From IMG/VR virus record IMGVR_UViG_3300030045_000003, positions 1 through 50,104 of that record: a stretch of 50,104 nt of DNA; one strand, written 5' to 3'. The notes below the pieces were generated by a model. That model was not told where the DNA came from. It saw only the letters and a program-made list of their open reading frames with translations, and made no database searches. Below are positions 1 to 9,887 of the stretch, in pieces. The DNA is from a virus (Duplodnaviria > Caudoviricetes). Made by a program: the position numbers and the translations under genes. How positions within the stretch are numbered: position 1 is the first letter of the stretch; the number at the start of each line of letters is the position of its first letter.

Positions 1-127
1 GGGCGGGCGCGCAGGGAACGGCAGCGCCGGCAGGCCTGGAATCTCGAAGGACTGGCTTGAGTCCCGGAAGATGATCGACGTGGTGAAGTAGCCCAGCGTC
101 AGGCTCAGGTTGTACGTGTCCGGAGAT
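1..127. repeat. Terminal direct repeat (127 bp), left copy; circular-assembly overlap
   Basis: 1-127 is identical to 49978-50104. An ORF reads straight through the junction. 127 is a common assembler k-mer size. Confidence 0.95.
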
Positions 128-306
128 GCCGTCACCGGCACCATCAGCTGCAGCGTTTGCGTCAGGTCATAGATCGACAGGTAGTAACGCTGACCGTAGG
201 GATTGAACGTGCAAATGCAGTTGTACTGCGCGCCGTCAAGCGTGGCCTGGAACGAGAAATTCGAGGTCGCCGAAGGAGTGAAGGGGATGACGATCTGTGC
301 GGCCAT
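1..306 (-). CDS. 5' part of junction-spanning gene: small baseplate-type domain (MAAQIVIPFTPSATSNFSFQATLDGAQYNCICTFNPYGQRYY...), continues at 49977..49108
   Basis: ATG at 306, 102 open codons to base 1, in frame with 49977-49108 after removing the overlap; total ~391 aa. Lies between the post-tape-measure gene and the baseplate hub. Confidence 0.8.
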   Translation of the reverse strand, partial: MAAQIVIPFTPSATSNFSFQATLDGAQYNCICTFNPYGQRYYLSIYDLTQTLQLMVPVTASPDTYNLSLTLGYFTTSIIFRDSSQSFEIPGLPALPFPARPP

Positions 307-309
307 GGG

Positions 310-930
310 TCAGCTTCCGATGGTGTTGGCGACAGAGCTGTTGGTCGGCGGGTTCGGCACGGGCAGGCCCGCATTCAGCTTGGCGTACAGGCCATTGAAC
401 GCCTGCGTGGCGTCCTGCGCCGTCACGAGCGGCTGAACGAAGTCCCATTGGAACTTTTGCTGCACCTTGATGTCGCCCGCACTGGTGGTGTCGCGGAGCA
501 CTTTCAGCAGGCAGTTTTGATAGATGAAGCCGGGCGTTCCCACCGTGAAGCTGCCGCCCTGCTGGATGTGCGCCTGCAAGCGCTGCTGGATGAACGTGAT
601 CGTCTGTTGGATGCTCGGGTAGCTCAGTCGCCCATTGCGAACCGGGCAGACCATTTCCACGGAGAACGCGAGCGCCTGCTGAAGCATCGCGTTTGCGGCC
701 ATGCTCATCGACGCGAAGGGGTATTCGGCCGGCGAGAAGTCGATCAGCGTGCCGCCCGGCAGGAGCTTGAAGTTCGCGAAGTAGTCATTGGGGTCGGCGT
801 AGTTCGGGGATTCCGTGCCTTCGGTCAGCGAAAGGACGGTCATCGACCCGGCCGGCTTGCCTGCGGCGATGCCGTCGATCAGCGCGATGGGCGCGATCTG
901 GTAGTCGCGGATGAATTGCGGCTTGTCCAT
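310..930 (-). CDS. Tail/baseplate-associated virion protein
   Basis: 206 aa ORF directly after the tape measure, tight gene packing, phage-like codon use. Confidence 0.65.
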   Translation of the reverse strand: MDKPQFIRDYQIAPIALIDGIAAGKPAGSMTVLSLTEGTESPNYADPNDYFANFKLLPGGTLIDFSPAEYPFASMSMAANAMLQQALAFSVEMVCPVRNGRLSYPSIQQTITFIQQRLQAHIQQGGSFTVGTPGFIYQNCLLKVLRDTTSAGDIKVQQKFQWDFVQPLVTAQDATQAFNGLYAKLNAGLPVPNPPTNSSVANTIGS

Positions 931-931
931 G

Positions 932-2632
932 TCAGTTCATCGCTGCGACGGTGGCTTGCGCGCTGCCGCCGGTCTGGTTTTGGATCACCACCCGCACACC
1001 GTTCTCCGTGAAATTGCTGGCGCCGTTCTCCTGCTTCGTGATCGCCACCACCAGCTTCACAAGCTGATCCATGGACTGCGGATCGAGCTTCTGATCGGGA
1101 CCGAATCCGGTTCGCTTCGAGGCGTTTGCGATGAGCGCCGCCGTGTCGTTTTCGCTGCCCGGCGAATACTTGTTCAGGATGCTCCTGATCGTCGTGAGGT
1201 GGTCGCGCTGTTCGTACAGTTGAAGCTGACGCGCGAGCGCCGCGATCCCCTGGTCATCATTCTGGAACGTCTGGAACCCCGTCGTGGAACCCGGAATGCG
1301 CAAATTGCCCGGATTGTGGTTGCGCACCGATAGCGGGGTGTTTCCGGTCAGGTGATCCCAGATAGCCCCGTAGACGCCGCCAGCGGCCCGCAGGCCATCC
1401 ATGAAGCCATGCTTCTTGGCCTCGCCCGCGGCAGGCATGGACGATACGGTTCCCTGCGCCGTCTCCTGGGCTACTTGGGACTTCGGGAACAGCTTTGCCA
1501 GGTAGGTCGCCATCGTGTGTATGGCGCCCATGAACGATTCCACGTCGGACGCAAACTCTTTGCTTCCGAGATAGCTCCCGAGTTTTTCGAGCGCGCCGCC
1601 GACTGCCTCGATCCACTTCTGAAGCCCGCCATTCGACGCGAACGATTCGACCGCCGCTGCGATCCCATCCGCGAACTTTTCCAGGAACGGCGTCAGCGTC
1701 TCCAGGCTCTTGATCAGCGACACCTCGATGCCCTCGCCGGCTCGCTTCATGGAGACGATGAAGTCCTGCCACGCGCGGCCGGTTTCATCGTCCACGTTCA
1801 GTTTCTCGCGGTCGGCCTTGTAGGCGTCGATGGTCTTTGTCAGTTCCTCGGACGTGAGGGCGGACAGGCGGCGCAGGTCTTCCATGCTCACAAGCTGGTC
1901 GAGCCCGCGCGCCTGCGCGCCCTGGAGCGTGCTGCCGCCCGCCTTGAACGCCTGCACGAGCTTGGGCAGGATTTCCGGGAGAATCTGGCCGGCGCTCTTG
2001 CCCTGCGTGTTCTCGCCGAGCGCGTTGAAAATCCACTGCTTCGAACGGTCGGACTGCGCGCTTGCAATGCTGCCGAGCGCAGCTTCCGGGTCGATGTACT
2101 TGCCGAAATTGACGTTGGCCGCGCGAAGCTCGCCCGTGTTGATGCCCAGCCCCAGCGACTGCCGGCGCGCGTTGGACGCCGAGCCCGCCAAGCCACCCAG
2201 GCCGAAGCCGGACGCGATGGCGCTGAACGCCGCCCACTTGGCCGCGCTGAACGCCGTACTGGCGACATTGCGCGCCACGTCGCCCGTCCACTTGACGGCA
2301 TCGCGCAAGTGCTGGATGTCCTCGGCGCGCTGCTTTTTCTTGCGCGCGCCTTCCTTTTCTTCGTCGGCGATTCGCTTTTTGCGCGCGTCGGTCTCGGCCT
2401 TGTCCTTCTTGGCCTTGTCGTCGCGCTCCGTCTTGGCCTTCTTGATCGCTTCGGCGTCGGCCTTGTCCGTCTTGCGGCGCTCGGCAGCGAGCTTGCCTTC
2501 CTGCTGGACGGCCTCTTTCGTCGCCTCAAGCTGTTCTTCGGTGTTGACCTTGAACTTGGCAAATTCGGCGGCGAACTTCTTCCAGTCCGCATCATCGATG
2601 CCGATCTTTACGACGGAGACTTTTTCGCTCAT
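932..2632 (-). CDS. Tail tape measure protein with C-terminal lysozyme-like domain
   Basis: 566 aa, Ala/Lys-rich helical protein, follows the tail chaperone; C-terminal RNHNPGNLR motif seen in phage virion muralytic domains. Confidence 0.8.
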   Translation of the reverse strand: MSEKVSVVKIGIDDADWKKFAAEFAKFKVNTEEQLEATKEAVQQEGKLAAERRKTDKADAEAIKKAKTERDDKAKKDKAETDARKKRIADEEKEGARKKKQRAEDIQHLRDAVKWTGDVARNVASTAFSAAKWAAFSAIASGFGLGGLAGSASNARRQSLGLGINTGELRAANVNFGKYIDPEAALGSIASAQSDRSKQWIFNALGENTQGKSAGQILPEILPKLVQAFKAGGSTLQGAQARGLDQLVSMEDLRRLSALTSEELTKTIDAYKADREKLNVDDETGRAWQDFIVSMKRAGEGIEVSLIKSLETLTPFLEKFADGIAAAVESFASNGGLQKWIEAVGGALEKLGSYLGSKEFASDVESFMGAIHTMATYLAKLFPKSQVAQETAQGTVSSMPAAGEAKKHGFMDGLRAAGGVYGAIWDHLTGNTPLSVRNHNPGNLRIPGSTTGFQTFQNDDQGIAALARQLQLYEQRDHLTTIRSILNKYSPGSENDTAALIANASKRTGFGPDQKLDPQSMDQLVKLVVAITKQENGASNFTENGVRVVIQNQTGGSAQATVAAMN

Positions 2633-2766
2633 GGCCTCATTGTCTCAGGGGATTGACCGCCGGGCCAGCGCCCGAATCAAGTGCCGCTGTCGGTACTGCT
2701 GCGCGTCCAGGAAGCCGGCCGAACTGGTTTCGGTCAAGTCCTTGAACCATGGCCCGGCCAGCAGGG

Positions 2767-3351
2767 TCAGACAGTGACCGATACAGTGGGTTTCGTCGTA
2801 GGTTCGGCAGGCGTCAATGTCGGCAAGGAAGCGATGAACTCCGTATTGCTCCAGGAGCCAAAGCCCCAGCCGCGCGATTCCCCCACCATCGGAAGCAGAC
2901 GCTCCGAGAGCGCCTTCGGTGCGGCCCTGACACTCGACGTAAAAAAAGTGATGCTGTTGAGCACCTCCGAGTAAGCGTCGTCATCGACGATGCCGTGCGC
3001 GTGCGCGGTGGCGAGCGTGGTCTCTTTCCAGCCGCCGCCGGCCGGGTCAGCGTAGACCACCGTCGTCAGGCGAATGAACTCGTTCACGAGGCCCAGGCGC
3101 ACGCCCGAAGGGGTATCCCAGGTGCCAAGCCCCTTGGCTGCGGACATGAGCGCCGGATAGGCGATTTGCGGCCCGACCAGCGCCAAGTGCTGGGCATCGC
3201 TTTCCCCGTAGCACTTGGAGAAAACCGCGCCCAGTTCGGCATAGAACTGTTCGAATGTGACTTGCGCGATGGGCAGGCAGTGGACGTGAACCACGCCGTA
3301 CTTCTCGGACTCGACCTGGAAAGTCAGGTGCAGCTTGGAGTTGATCTTCAT
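2767..3351 (-). CDS. Tail assembly chaperone (gpG-like); -1 frameshift product extends to 2645
   Basis: Between tail tube and tape measure; in-frame slippery T-TTT-TTT at 2947-2941 with an open -1 frame to TGA at 2647-2645. Confidence 0.8.
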   Translation of the reverse strand: MKINSKLHLTFQVESEKYGVVHVHCLPIAQVTFEQFYAELGAVFSKCYGESDAQHLALVGPQIAYPALMSAAKGLGTWDTPSGVRLGLVNEFIRLTTVVYADPAGGGWKETTLATAHAHGIVDDDAYSEVLNSITFFTSSVRAAPKALSERLLPMVGESRGWGFGSWSNTEFIASLPTLTPAEPTTKPTVSVTV

Positions 3352-3364
3352 GTGCGTCCAGAAT

Positions 3365-3392
3365 GAGAAAAGCCCCGCAGGGCAGGGCTTTC
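3365..3392 (-). terminator. Putative intrinsic terminator after tail tube gene
   Basis: Minus strand GAAAGCCC-TGCCCTGC-GGGGCTTTTCTC hairpin followed by a T-run. Confidence 0.55.
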
Positions 3393-3414
3393 ATTGTCGC
3401 GCGAAATGCCGGGC

Positions 3415-3855
3415 TCAGGCGGCAGTCCAGAGTTCGGAATTGACGTTGTAGATGCCGCGCAGTCGCAGGGTATACGTCGGGTCATTCCCGTCGAACGTCA
3501 TGTTGGGAACGTTCTCGATGATGCAGCCCTCGATCTGGTACAGCGGCAGGAGCGCGCTGTCCGAAATCACATTGATCGATCCAACAGAGGTGTTCGTCTC
3601 GACCTGGGACTTGAACGCCGCGGCCAGTGCTTGCGTGCGCAGAATGTGGACTTCCACCACGGCCATGACGTAGGGCTCGGGCGAATCGACCGCGCCCGTC
3701 ATCGTCGCGATCTTCTTGGACGCCACGCCTTCGAAGCCGACCGAAATGCCGCCCTTGGCGAGGAACGGCGAGGTGATCGACAGCGCGGGGTAGTCGGCGA
3801 AGATCACCGCACTGCGTAAAAGATTTAGCACACCCTGATTCAGAGGCACGGCCAT
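3415..3855 (-). CDS. Tail tube protein
   Basis: 146 aa, beta-rich, between sheath and chaperone. Confidence 0.75.
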   Translation of the reverse strand: MAVPLNQGVLNLLRSAVIFADYPALSITSPFLAKGGISVGFEGVASKKIATMTGAVDSPEPYVMAVVEVHILRTQALAAAFKSQVETNTSVGSINVISDSALLPLYQIEGCIIENVPNMTFDGNDPTYTLRLRGIYNVNSELWTAA

Positions 3856-4607
3856 TATTCGACTCCTTCTTTCGTGTGTTCCGACACCGATGCAATCAGC
3901 GCCTTAGTTTCCCGCTCGGCTGCGCGTCTTGCTTGTTGCGCGGCCTTCATGCTTGCCTTGGCCTCATCGCTGTATTTTCGACCAAGCGCAGATTGTCTGC
4001 GCTTCTCAATCTCTTCGGGGGACTGCTTTCTGCCGACGTGAATCGCAAGCAGTTTCGCCTGATGCTCCGGTGTCATCGGGATTGGCTTGCGCTTCAATCC
4101 AGCGACTCGACACTTCTCTCTTGACTCAGCCGTATGGCCCCTAAGGTCAGTCCGGGCTTTCTGTGCGGCAGACATATTGGCCCGAGCCTCATCAGTCCAC
4201 ACCCTCGGCTTGCGCGTTTTTGCGGCAGCGCTCATGCGCGCCTTCTGTTCATCGGTCATCAGCTTGCCACGTCGAGCCGCGCCGATCTTCTTGCGCACCT
4301 CATCGCATCCGCTGACGCCATCTCCGCCCGCCGTCAGGTTATATCCGTGCGGTGCCATTGATCCAGCCTGGGCAATCAGGGTTCGCTCCAGTTCAGCCAG
4401 TTCAGCGCGATCCTTGATGATCGGGGCCGCGATTTCCTCGATCACGAAGTTCTCGATCCCGTGCTTCCGCATGGCGGCGTGAAGGGCGAATCCACCACCA
4501 TGCCGGAATTTCGCCACATGGATTGCCCATCGCTCAGCGAGCGTCATTGTGGTCAGGCCAATGTAGACCTTACCCGTGATGACATTCGTGACCTGATAGC
4601 ACAACAT
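3855..4607 (-). CDS. Free-standing GIY-YIG homing endonuclease with NUMOD3-type repeats
   Basis: N-terminal CYQVTNVITGKVYIGLT...R, YNLTAGGDG, and repeated (H/Q)S.E...KMS motifs; inserted between sheath and tube. Confidence 0.85.
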   Translation of the reverse strand: MLCYQVTNVITGKVYIGLTTMTLAERWAIHVAKFRHGGGFALHAAMRKHGIENFVIEEIAAPIIKDRAELAELERTLIAQAGSMAPHGYNLTAGGDGVSGCDEVRKKIGAARRGKLMTDEQKARMSAAAKTRKPRVWTDEARANMSAAQKARTDLRGHTAESREKCRVAGLKRKPIPMTPEHQAKLLAIHVGRKQSPEEIEKRRQSALGRKYSDEAKASMKAAQQARRAAERETKALIASVSEHTKEGVE

Positions 4608-4610
4608 GCG

Positions 4611-5924
4611 TCAGCCGTTCGCGATGTTGGAGACGGTCAGGTTGACCACGATCTGGTCGAACCCGCGCGCCGGGGTGAACGTCAGCGCCAGGCCGGCGTA
4701 CTTTCCGATGGCGTAATCGCCCGGTTCCTGCACCACGTAGGTGGAGAACGGAATCGCGGTGACGGTCGGCGGCGGCGAGTTCAGCACCATGCCGAAGGCG
4801 ATGCCGTTGTTGACCACCTGTTGCGAGACCTTCTGCAACTGGTTGATGCCGGCCTGGTTGTAGTACAGCGGATTCGTCGGGCTGTTCGACCCGTTGATGA
4901 CCGCGGCCGACAGCGCCATGTCCTGGTTGATGATCATCCAGTCCACGGAGTACCAGAAGTTCCACGGGTTCAGGTCGCCGTACACGCCGTTGACAATCAG
5001 CGTGTTCGAGATGCCGCCCTCGGCGCCCGTGCCCACCCAGTTCAGGCCAGCGGCCTTGTAGGTGGTCGCGTTGGAAGGCGACAGCGTGTAGGGCGTGACG
5101 CCGAACAGGTAGCGGTATTCCAGCGGCGCCACGAGGTTGACCGGGCCGGGATCGGCCGACAACTGGGCGTAGAGCATCGCCGCGGCGCTGAACTCCGTGG
5201 TCGGCGCGCTCGGGGACTGGAGCACGAGGTACGCGGCCTTCGTCGGGATCGTCGCCCAGGCCGAATAGGTCGCCGCCGTCGTCGTGACCAGGAAGTAGGT
5301 CGCCGAGGTCGGCGAATCGTACTGGCGGAACAGCGTCGGCGCCGTGGTCTCCGTGTCCCACGTCATCGGCACGAGGTAGGCGTAGAACTGCTTGGCCGGG
5401 TTCGTCAGGTACGTCGAGAGCGCCGTGACGCCAGCCGCCGGGGTGCCGGCGCCCAGTTCCAGGACGTAGACCGCCTGCGTGTTGCCCTGCGCGAAGAACG
5501 TGTCGCCCATCGCGGTGAGTTCGCTCACCGAGTCAAGCTGGAACGTGCCGAGCGTGGTTTCCGAGCCGGGGTTCGACGCGAGCGGGTAGGTGAACGTGGT
5601 GGCGTTCACTTCCGTGCAGGCAAACGTGCCGTTGTAGCCACTCGGGACGACGCCGGAGATTTGCCCCTGAACGGCGCCGCCGGCCGGGATGCCGTGCGCC
5701 GCTGCGGTCACGACGGTGACGACGCTGGACGTCCAGGAGATGGACGAAATGGCAATCGGCGCCTTCAGCAGAGCGGTCAGGTCGGCATTCTGCGTCAGCA
5801 GCGCCGAAGTGCCCGCCGCCAGCGTCGTGCCGCCCTGCGAGATCAGCGCGCCAGTGCGCTGGAGTTGGCTGGGTGCCGAAGCCACAGCCTCACTCACGTT
5901 GACGATGACGATGGACGTGCTCAT
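4611..5924 (-). CDS. Tail sheath protein (DUF3383-like)
   Basis: 437 aa; C-terminal PLYYNQAGINQLQ...YAGL...RGF pattern of Bcep781-type sheaths; upstream of tube. Confidence 0.8.
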   Translation of the reverse strand: MSTSIVIVNVSEAVASAPSQLQRTGALISQGGTTLAAGTSALLTQNADLTALLKAPIAISSISWTSSVVTVVTAAAHGIPAGGAVQGQISGVVPSGYNGTFACTEVNATTFTYPLASNPGSETTLGTFQLDSVSELTAMGDTFFAQGNTQAVYVLELGAGTPAAGVTALSTYLTNPAKQFYAYLVPMTWDTETTAPTLFRQYDSPTSATYFLVTTTAATYSAWATIPTKAAYLVLQSPSAPTTEFSAAAMLYAQLSADPGPVNLVAPLEYRYLFGVTPYTLSPSNATTYKAAGLNWVGTGAEGGISNTLIVNGVYGDLNPWNFWYSVDWMIINQDMALSAAVINGSNSPTNPLYYNQAGINQLQKVSQQVVNNGIAFGMVLNSPPPTVTAIPFSTYVVQEPGDYAIGKYAGLALTFTPARGFDQIVVNLTVSNIANG

Positions 5925-5939
5925 GGGCTAGGCCCTCGC

Positions 5940-6320
5940 TTACTGGTAGCTCAGGGAAATCACGCCCGCCGTGCCGACAAGCAGGCACAGGCCATTCGTG
6001 AGCGGGAAATCGACGTCGTAGATGCCGGCCGTCTGCGGGATGGAGAACACGAGGTTCGAGGCCGCGGCGGCGCCCGAGGTGGCCGAATCGTAGATCGCGC
6101 TGGTCGCGCTCGCGGCGGTGTTGACGATCACCTTGTTGATCCGGCGGGCCGTGGCCGATACCAGCTTGACCGCCGCCGCCGTGTTGTTCAGCGATGACTT
6201 GTTGCCCTGGCCGATCAGCAGCGCGCCGACGGTATCGGTCACCAGCGGGGCTTGGATGTTGCCGGTGTTGCTCGCATTGGGCTTGACCGCTGCGGATACG
6301 AGAAGGGCGTTTTGACCCAT
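5940..6320 (-). CDS. Hypothetical virion protein
   Basis: 126 aa, RBS GAAGGA, within the structural operon. Confidence 0.65.
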   Translation of the reverse strand: MGQNALLVSAAVKPNASNTGNIQAPLVTDTVGALLIGQGNKSSLNNTAAAVKLVSATARRINKVIVNTAASATSAIYDSATSGAAAASNLVFSIPQTAGIYDVDFPLTNGLCLLVGTAGVISLSYQ

Positions 6321-6375
6321 GATTCGGTTCCTTCAATGAGGTGGTTACGCTGCGTTTCCGCGCGACAGGGCCATT

Positions 6376-7359
6376 CTACGGGCCACCGGCCTGCACCACA
6401 ATGCTGCCGGTAATTTGGCTCTGCGTGGTCAGCGTGATGAACGCCGAGGCGATGAGTTCGCGAGCGATGGCGCGCGAGCGCTGCTGAAGGTAGTTCACGT
6501 CCACGGTCATCGTCTTTTGCTGCGCGATGACGGCCAATTCAGGCTGCGTTTTCTTCTGATCGACAGGCACGATGGACGTCATCGTTCCATAGGGCGCGTC
6601 ATCGGGCATGGAGTTGTCCAGGATCGCCTTCTGGAAGTCCAGCGCCTGGTCGCTGCGGCAACCCCAGAGCGTGAACGTCACCGTCTCTTTGCAGAGCTGC
6701 GCCTGGGATGAATTCGATTGCACCAGCGGCGCCATCGTCATCGCCTGCGTGCCGGTGATGTCCGCCGTGACGTAGGGCGGCACCAGGTTCATGGGCGACA
6801 GGTCGGCCGGGTAGACCGGCAGGCCGCTCGTGCTCATCGCCATCCAAATGGGCAGCGAGTTCGATACGATGGGCAGCGTGCCCACAATCGACGGGTCGCT
6901 GATGACCTGCGTGGCCTCGTAGGGCAGCACGGCAACGCCGACATAGTGCCAAATGTCGGCCGCCTCGTAGCGGTTGGTCTGTGACGAGAACGCGGCCAGC
7001 GAGCCATTGGGCAGCGTCAGCATGAACAGCGAATCCGCCGCCATGTCCGAGAACTCAAGAATCTGCGTCTCGGACGTGAACACCACGGTCTGCCGCGCGA
7101 TGGTGCTGTCAGGGTTTTGCTCTACGCGCTGGGCGACGTGCAGGCTTCCGTTGGCCTGAAACGTCATGTTGTTGTCGATCACGTCCGGATTGATCGCGCT
7201 GCCCAGGCACCAAAACACATAGCCATCGACCGGCAGGATCAGGCGTTGGTAGAGCGTGAACGTGTAAAGCTGCGCCCGCGAAAGCTGATCGACGCCAGCT
7301 TGCAGGACAGCGCCCATGCCAGCGCCCGCGGCGGTTGCGGCTTCGGCGAGCGTGCTCAT
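6376..7359 (-). CDS. Head-tail joining / tail completion protein
   Basis: 327 aa, neck-region position, YQRLILPVDGYVFW motif. Confidence 0.6.
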   Translation of the reverse strand: MSTLAEAATAAGAGMGAVLQAGVDQLSRAQLYTFTLYQRLILPVDGYVFWCLGSAINPDVIDNNMTFQANGSLHVAQRVEQNPDSTIARQTVVFTSETQILEFSDMAADSLFMLTLPNGSLAAFSSQTNRYEAADIWHYVGVAVLPYEATQVISDPSIVGTLPIVSNSLPIWMAMSTSGLPVYPADLSPMNLVPPYVTADITGTQAMTMAPLVQSNSSQAQLCKETVTFTLWGCRSDQALDFQKAILDNSMPDDAPYGTMTSIVPVDQKKTQPELAVIAQQKTMTVDVNYLQQRSRAIARELIASAFITLTTQSQITGSIVVQAGGP

Positions 7360-7775
7360 TTTTCCATCCAGGCCAGCAGCGAGTTACGCAGCATCATCGT
7401 GTCCTCGAAAGACGGCCGGCGCGCGCCCTTCTGGAACGCGCTCTTGCGGTGGTTGATGCCCTTGAGCGCAGCTTGCGTGGGCACGCCGATCATGCCGATT
7501 TTCTCCGCGGCGCCCGTGTCCAGGAAGCTCTTGAACAGCGCCGCGATTTCCTCGCAGCCATCGGCATACGGATTCTCCGGGGCGTGGCCGGTGTTGAGCA
7601 GGTCGCTCATCGCCGAGTCGATGCTCCGCGCCAGGATGTCCGCAATCTGGTCGGCATTCGATTCGTAGAACCCGCGAAACAGGTCGTATTTCGATTCCAG
7701 GATTTGCGCAAGGTCGCCCGTCGTGATGCGGCTGTCCAGGTGAGGGGCGTCGATGACGCCGAGGTTGAGTTCCAC
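7356..7775 (-). CDS. Neck/virion morphogenesis protein
   Basis: 139 aa, GVPTQAALKG...RPSFEDT motif; stop overlaps the next start. Confidence 0.6.
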   Translation of the reverse strand: MELNLGVIDAPHLDSRITTGDLAQILESKYDLFRGFYESNADQIADILARSIDSAMSDLLNTGHAPENPYADGCEEIAALFKSFLDTGAAEKIGMIGVPTQAALKGINHRKSAFQKGARRPSFEDTMMLRNSLLAWMEK

Positions 7776-8228
7776 CTATGACAAGCCCCACGAGGACGGA
7801 CCAAGCTCGCCCATGATCGCAATTGCGCGCCGGCCGAATGGGTCGGCCATCGTCTGCAGGTCAAACAGACTCAGGTTCGCCAGTTGCGTGCCCACCGTCA
7901 GCCCCGTGGACGTGCCGTTGTCGCTCGTGTTGGTCACGACACCCGGGACAAGGTTGTTCACCTTGTACGTCGAGCGCAGAGTGGTGAAGAACGTTTGCCC
8001 ATCCTGATCCGGCTGGTAGTTGACCAGCATCGACACGCCCAGGTTGTAGACGCAGGCCGTGTACAGCAGGCCGCTCATGCACTGCATCGACAGCGGCACC
8101 CACTCCAGCGAATAGGTCAGCGCGTCCTGGAACCCAGGATCGCCATCGGGCATCGCGTCCGTGGTGATGCCCGCGACGTTGCGGCAAAACGTCGTGAAGC
8201 CGGACAAGCTGGGTGTCGTGTCGGGCAT
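7776..8228 (-). CDS. Head-tail connector-like protein
   Basis: 150 aa, position after capsid genes. Confidence 0.6.
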   Translation of the reverse strand: MPDTTPSLSGFTTFCRNVAGITTDAMPDGDPGFQDALTYSLEWVPLSMQCMSGLLYTACVYNLGVSMLVNYQPDQDGQTFFTTLRSTYKVNNLVPGVVTNTSDNGTSTGLTVGTQLANLSLFDLQTMADPFGRRAIAIMGELGPSSWGLS

Positions 8229-8230
8229 GC

Positions 8231-8734
8231 TCAGTTCCGGCGAGCGTTCTTGCGCGGCTTCATGCCTTCGCGGTTGACCTGGATCGTGTTCTTTTGCAGG
8301 TCATCGGCATCGACGCCGGGCCGCGGCTGCTCGATCACGGACACCTCGAAGTTCGAGGCGCTGGCGCCGGCCGCTTGCGCCTCCTTGGCCGCGACGGCAT
8401 CGCCGCCAATGGCCGCAGCCGTGCGGTGTTCGAGCGCGCGGGCGATGGCGTTGGAGTCAATCTCCGACAGGCCGGCGCGGATGTCCTCCAGCGGGATGAC
8501 CTTCTCGGAGTAGATCAGCCCGGAGAAATGGCGGTCGCCATGCACCTTGGCCGGCTTGACGGCGCCGTAGGCAACCAGCTGCTTGATGACGGCCGTCTCC
8601 TGCTCCGGGGCCTCGTGCGGAATCTTGTATTGCGTGCCGGCCGGGATGATGCGGTCATAGACCCGTTCATCGCCCGGCAGGCGATAGTTCAGGTGGTGCG
8701 GGCGCGGCGTGGCGTTGCAGACGTACAGGCTCAT
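8231..8734 (-). CDS. Hypothetical virion-associated protein
   Basis: 167 aa, RBS GAGA, follows the major capsid gene. Confidence 0.65.
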   Translation of the reverse strand: MSLYVCNATPRPHHLNYRLPGDERVYDRIIPAGTQYKIPHEAPEQETAVIKQLVAYGAVKPAKVHGDRHFSGLIYSEKVIPLEDIRAGLSEIDSNAIARALEHRTAAAIGGDAVAAKEAQAAGASASNFEVSVIEQPRPGVDADDLQKNTIQVNREGMKPRKNARRN

Positions 8735-8788
8735 GGCGTTGTCTCACTCATGGGTTTCGGGGCCTCAATCGTACAGCAGAGCGGATGT

Positions 8789-8817
8789 AAAAACGCCCCC
8801 GGTTTTGGCCGGGGGCG
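8789..8817 (-). terminator. Intrinsic terminator after major capsid gene
   Basis: CGCCCCCGG-CCAAAA-CCGGGGGCG-TTTTT on the minus strand. Confidence 0.85.
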
Positions 8818-8852
8818 CGAACCCGTCATGCAACTGACGAGGGAGACAACGA

Positions 8853-9875
8853 TCAGAACGCGGCCGAGAGAATCGTGCAGGTTTCGGGGCGGATCACCCA
8901 GCCCGGGGTGACGCGCATTTCCGAGAGGACGTCCACGGCGCCGCCCGGCAGCGGCACGGTGATTTCCTTGGGGGCCACCATGTCGCACAGCTGCACCGTC
9001 GCGGCGGTCATGCCCGGCGACAGGTCGGCGAACACGTTCGTGTTGATGCGCGAGCGCACGGCCGGCTTCTTCAGCTCAGGCATGTTGATGATGATCGCGT
9101 CGGTATTGCCGCCGCTGCCCGCGTTGATCAGCGTGTCGTCCACCGTGAACGTGATCTGGTCGCCGTTGCGCTCCAGGATGTTCTCGATGACGCCGGCCGT
9201 GGTTTCGACGCCCGCGCCGTTGCGCTGGAACTGCGTCAGCTGCACGATGCCCTGGTATTCCCAGGTCGCCACGGCGCGTTGCGGCGCCATGATGTTGATG
9301 CGCACCGGCTGGCCGATCTGGTTCGTGCGCACCTTCAGCGCCGAAATCAGCGAGATGAGGTACAGCGCCATCTGGCCGTTGTCGTAGGTCGAGACCGACG
9401 TGTTGCCGAACGAGTCGGCCGGCAGGTTGGCGGTGGTCGCCCCCACGGTGTTCAGGATGCCCTCGCCCGAACCACCCATGCCGAACAGCGCCGCCGTGCG
9501 GACTTGCTGGAAGATGGCTTGGCGCATCGCCAGGCGTTGCGCGTCGGCCAGCGAGACGCCCCAGACGCCCGCTTGCTGGATGTCGTGGTGGTCGTACTCG
9601 GCGCGGGCGCGCATGAGGTAGGTCGGCGTCGAGCGCATCGACGCAGCCACGGTCTGGCTGGGCAGCATGTTGTAGGCCGTCTGACCTGCCGCGATCTGCG
9701 TGAGGACTTCGAGGCCCTTGACGTAGACCTGCAGGTCGCCCTGCCCCAGGCGCGGCATGATGTCGCCACCAGCCAGGGATTCCGTGAAGCCCGAGACCTG
9801 CTGGTACTGGAGCACCAGTTCAGGCATCGTGAACGAGGGATGAGCCTGGATGTAGGCCGGGAAGATGCTTGCCAT
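8853..9875 (-). CDS. Major capsid protein
   Basis: 340 aa, after protease/scaffold and decoration genes, followed by a strong terminator. Confidence 0.85.
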   Translation of the reverse strand: MASIFPAYIQAHPSFTMPELVLQYQQVSGFTESLAGGDIMPRLGQGDLQVYVKGLEVLTQIAAGQTAYNMLPSQTVAASMRSTPTYLMRARAEYDHHDIQQAGVWGVSLADAQRLAMRQAIFQQVRTAALFGMGGSGEGILNTVGATTANLPADSFGNTSVSTYDNGQMALYLISLISALKVRTNQIGQPVRINIMAPQRAVATWEYQGIVQLTQFQRNGAGVETTAGVIENILERNGDQITFTVDDTLINAGSGGNTDAIIINMPELKKPAVRSRINTNVFADLSPGMTAATVQLCDMVAPKEITVPLPGGAVDVLSEMRVTPGWVIRPETCTILSAAF

Positions 9876-9887
9876 GGTGGCTGTTCC

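Noticed and set aside
1-127. Biological direct terminal repeat
   Set aside because: The length matches a common k-mer and it falls mid-gene; better explained as circular-assembly overlap.
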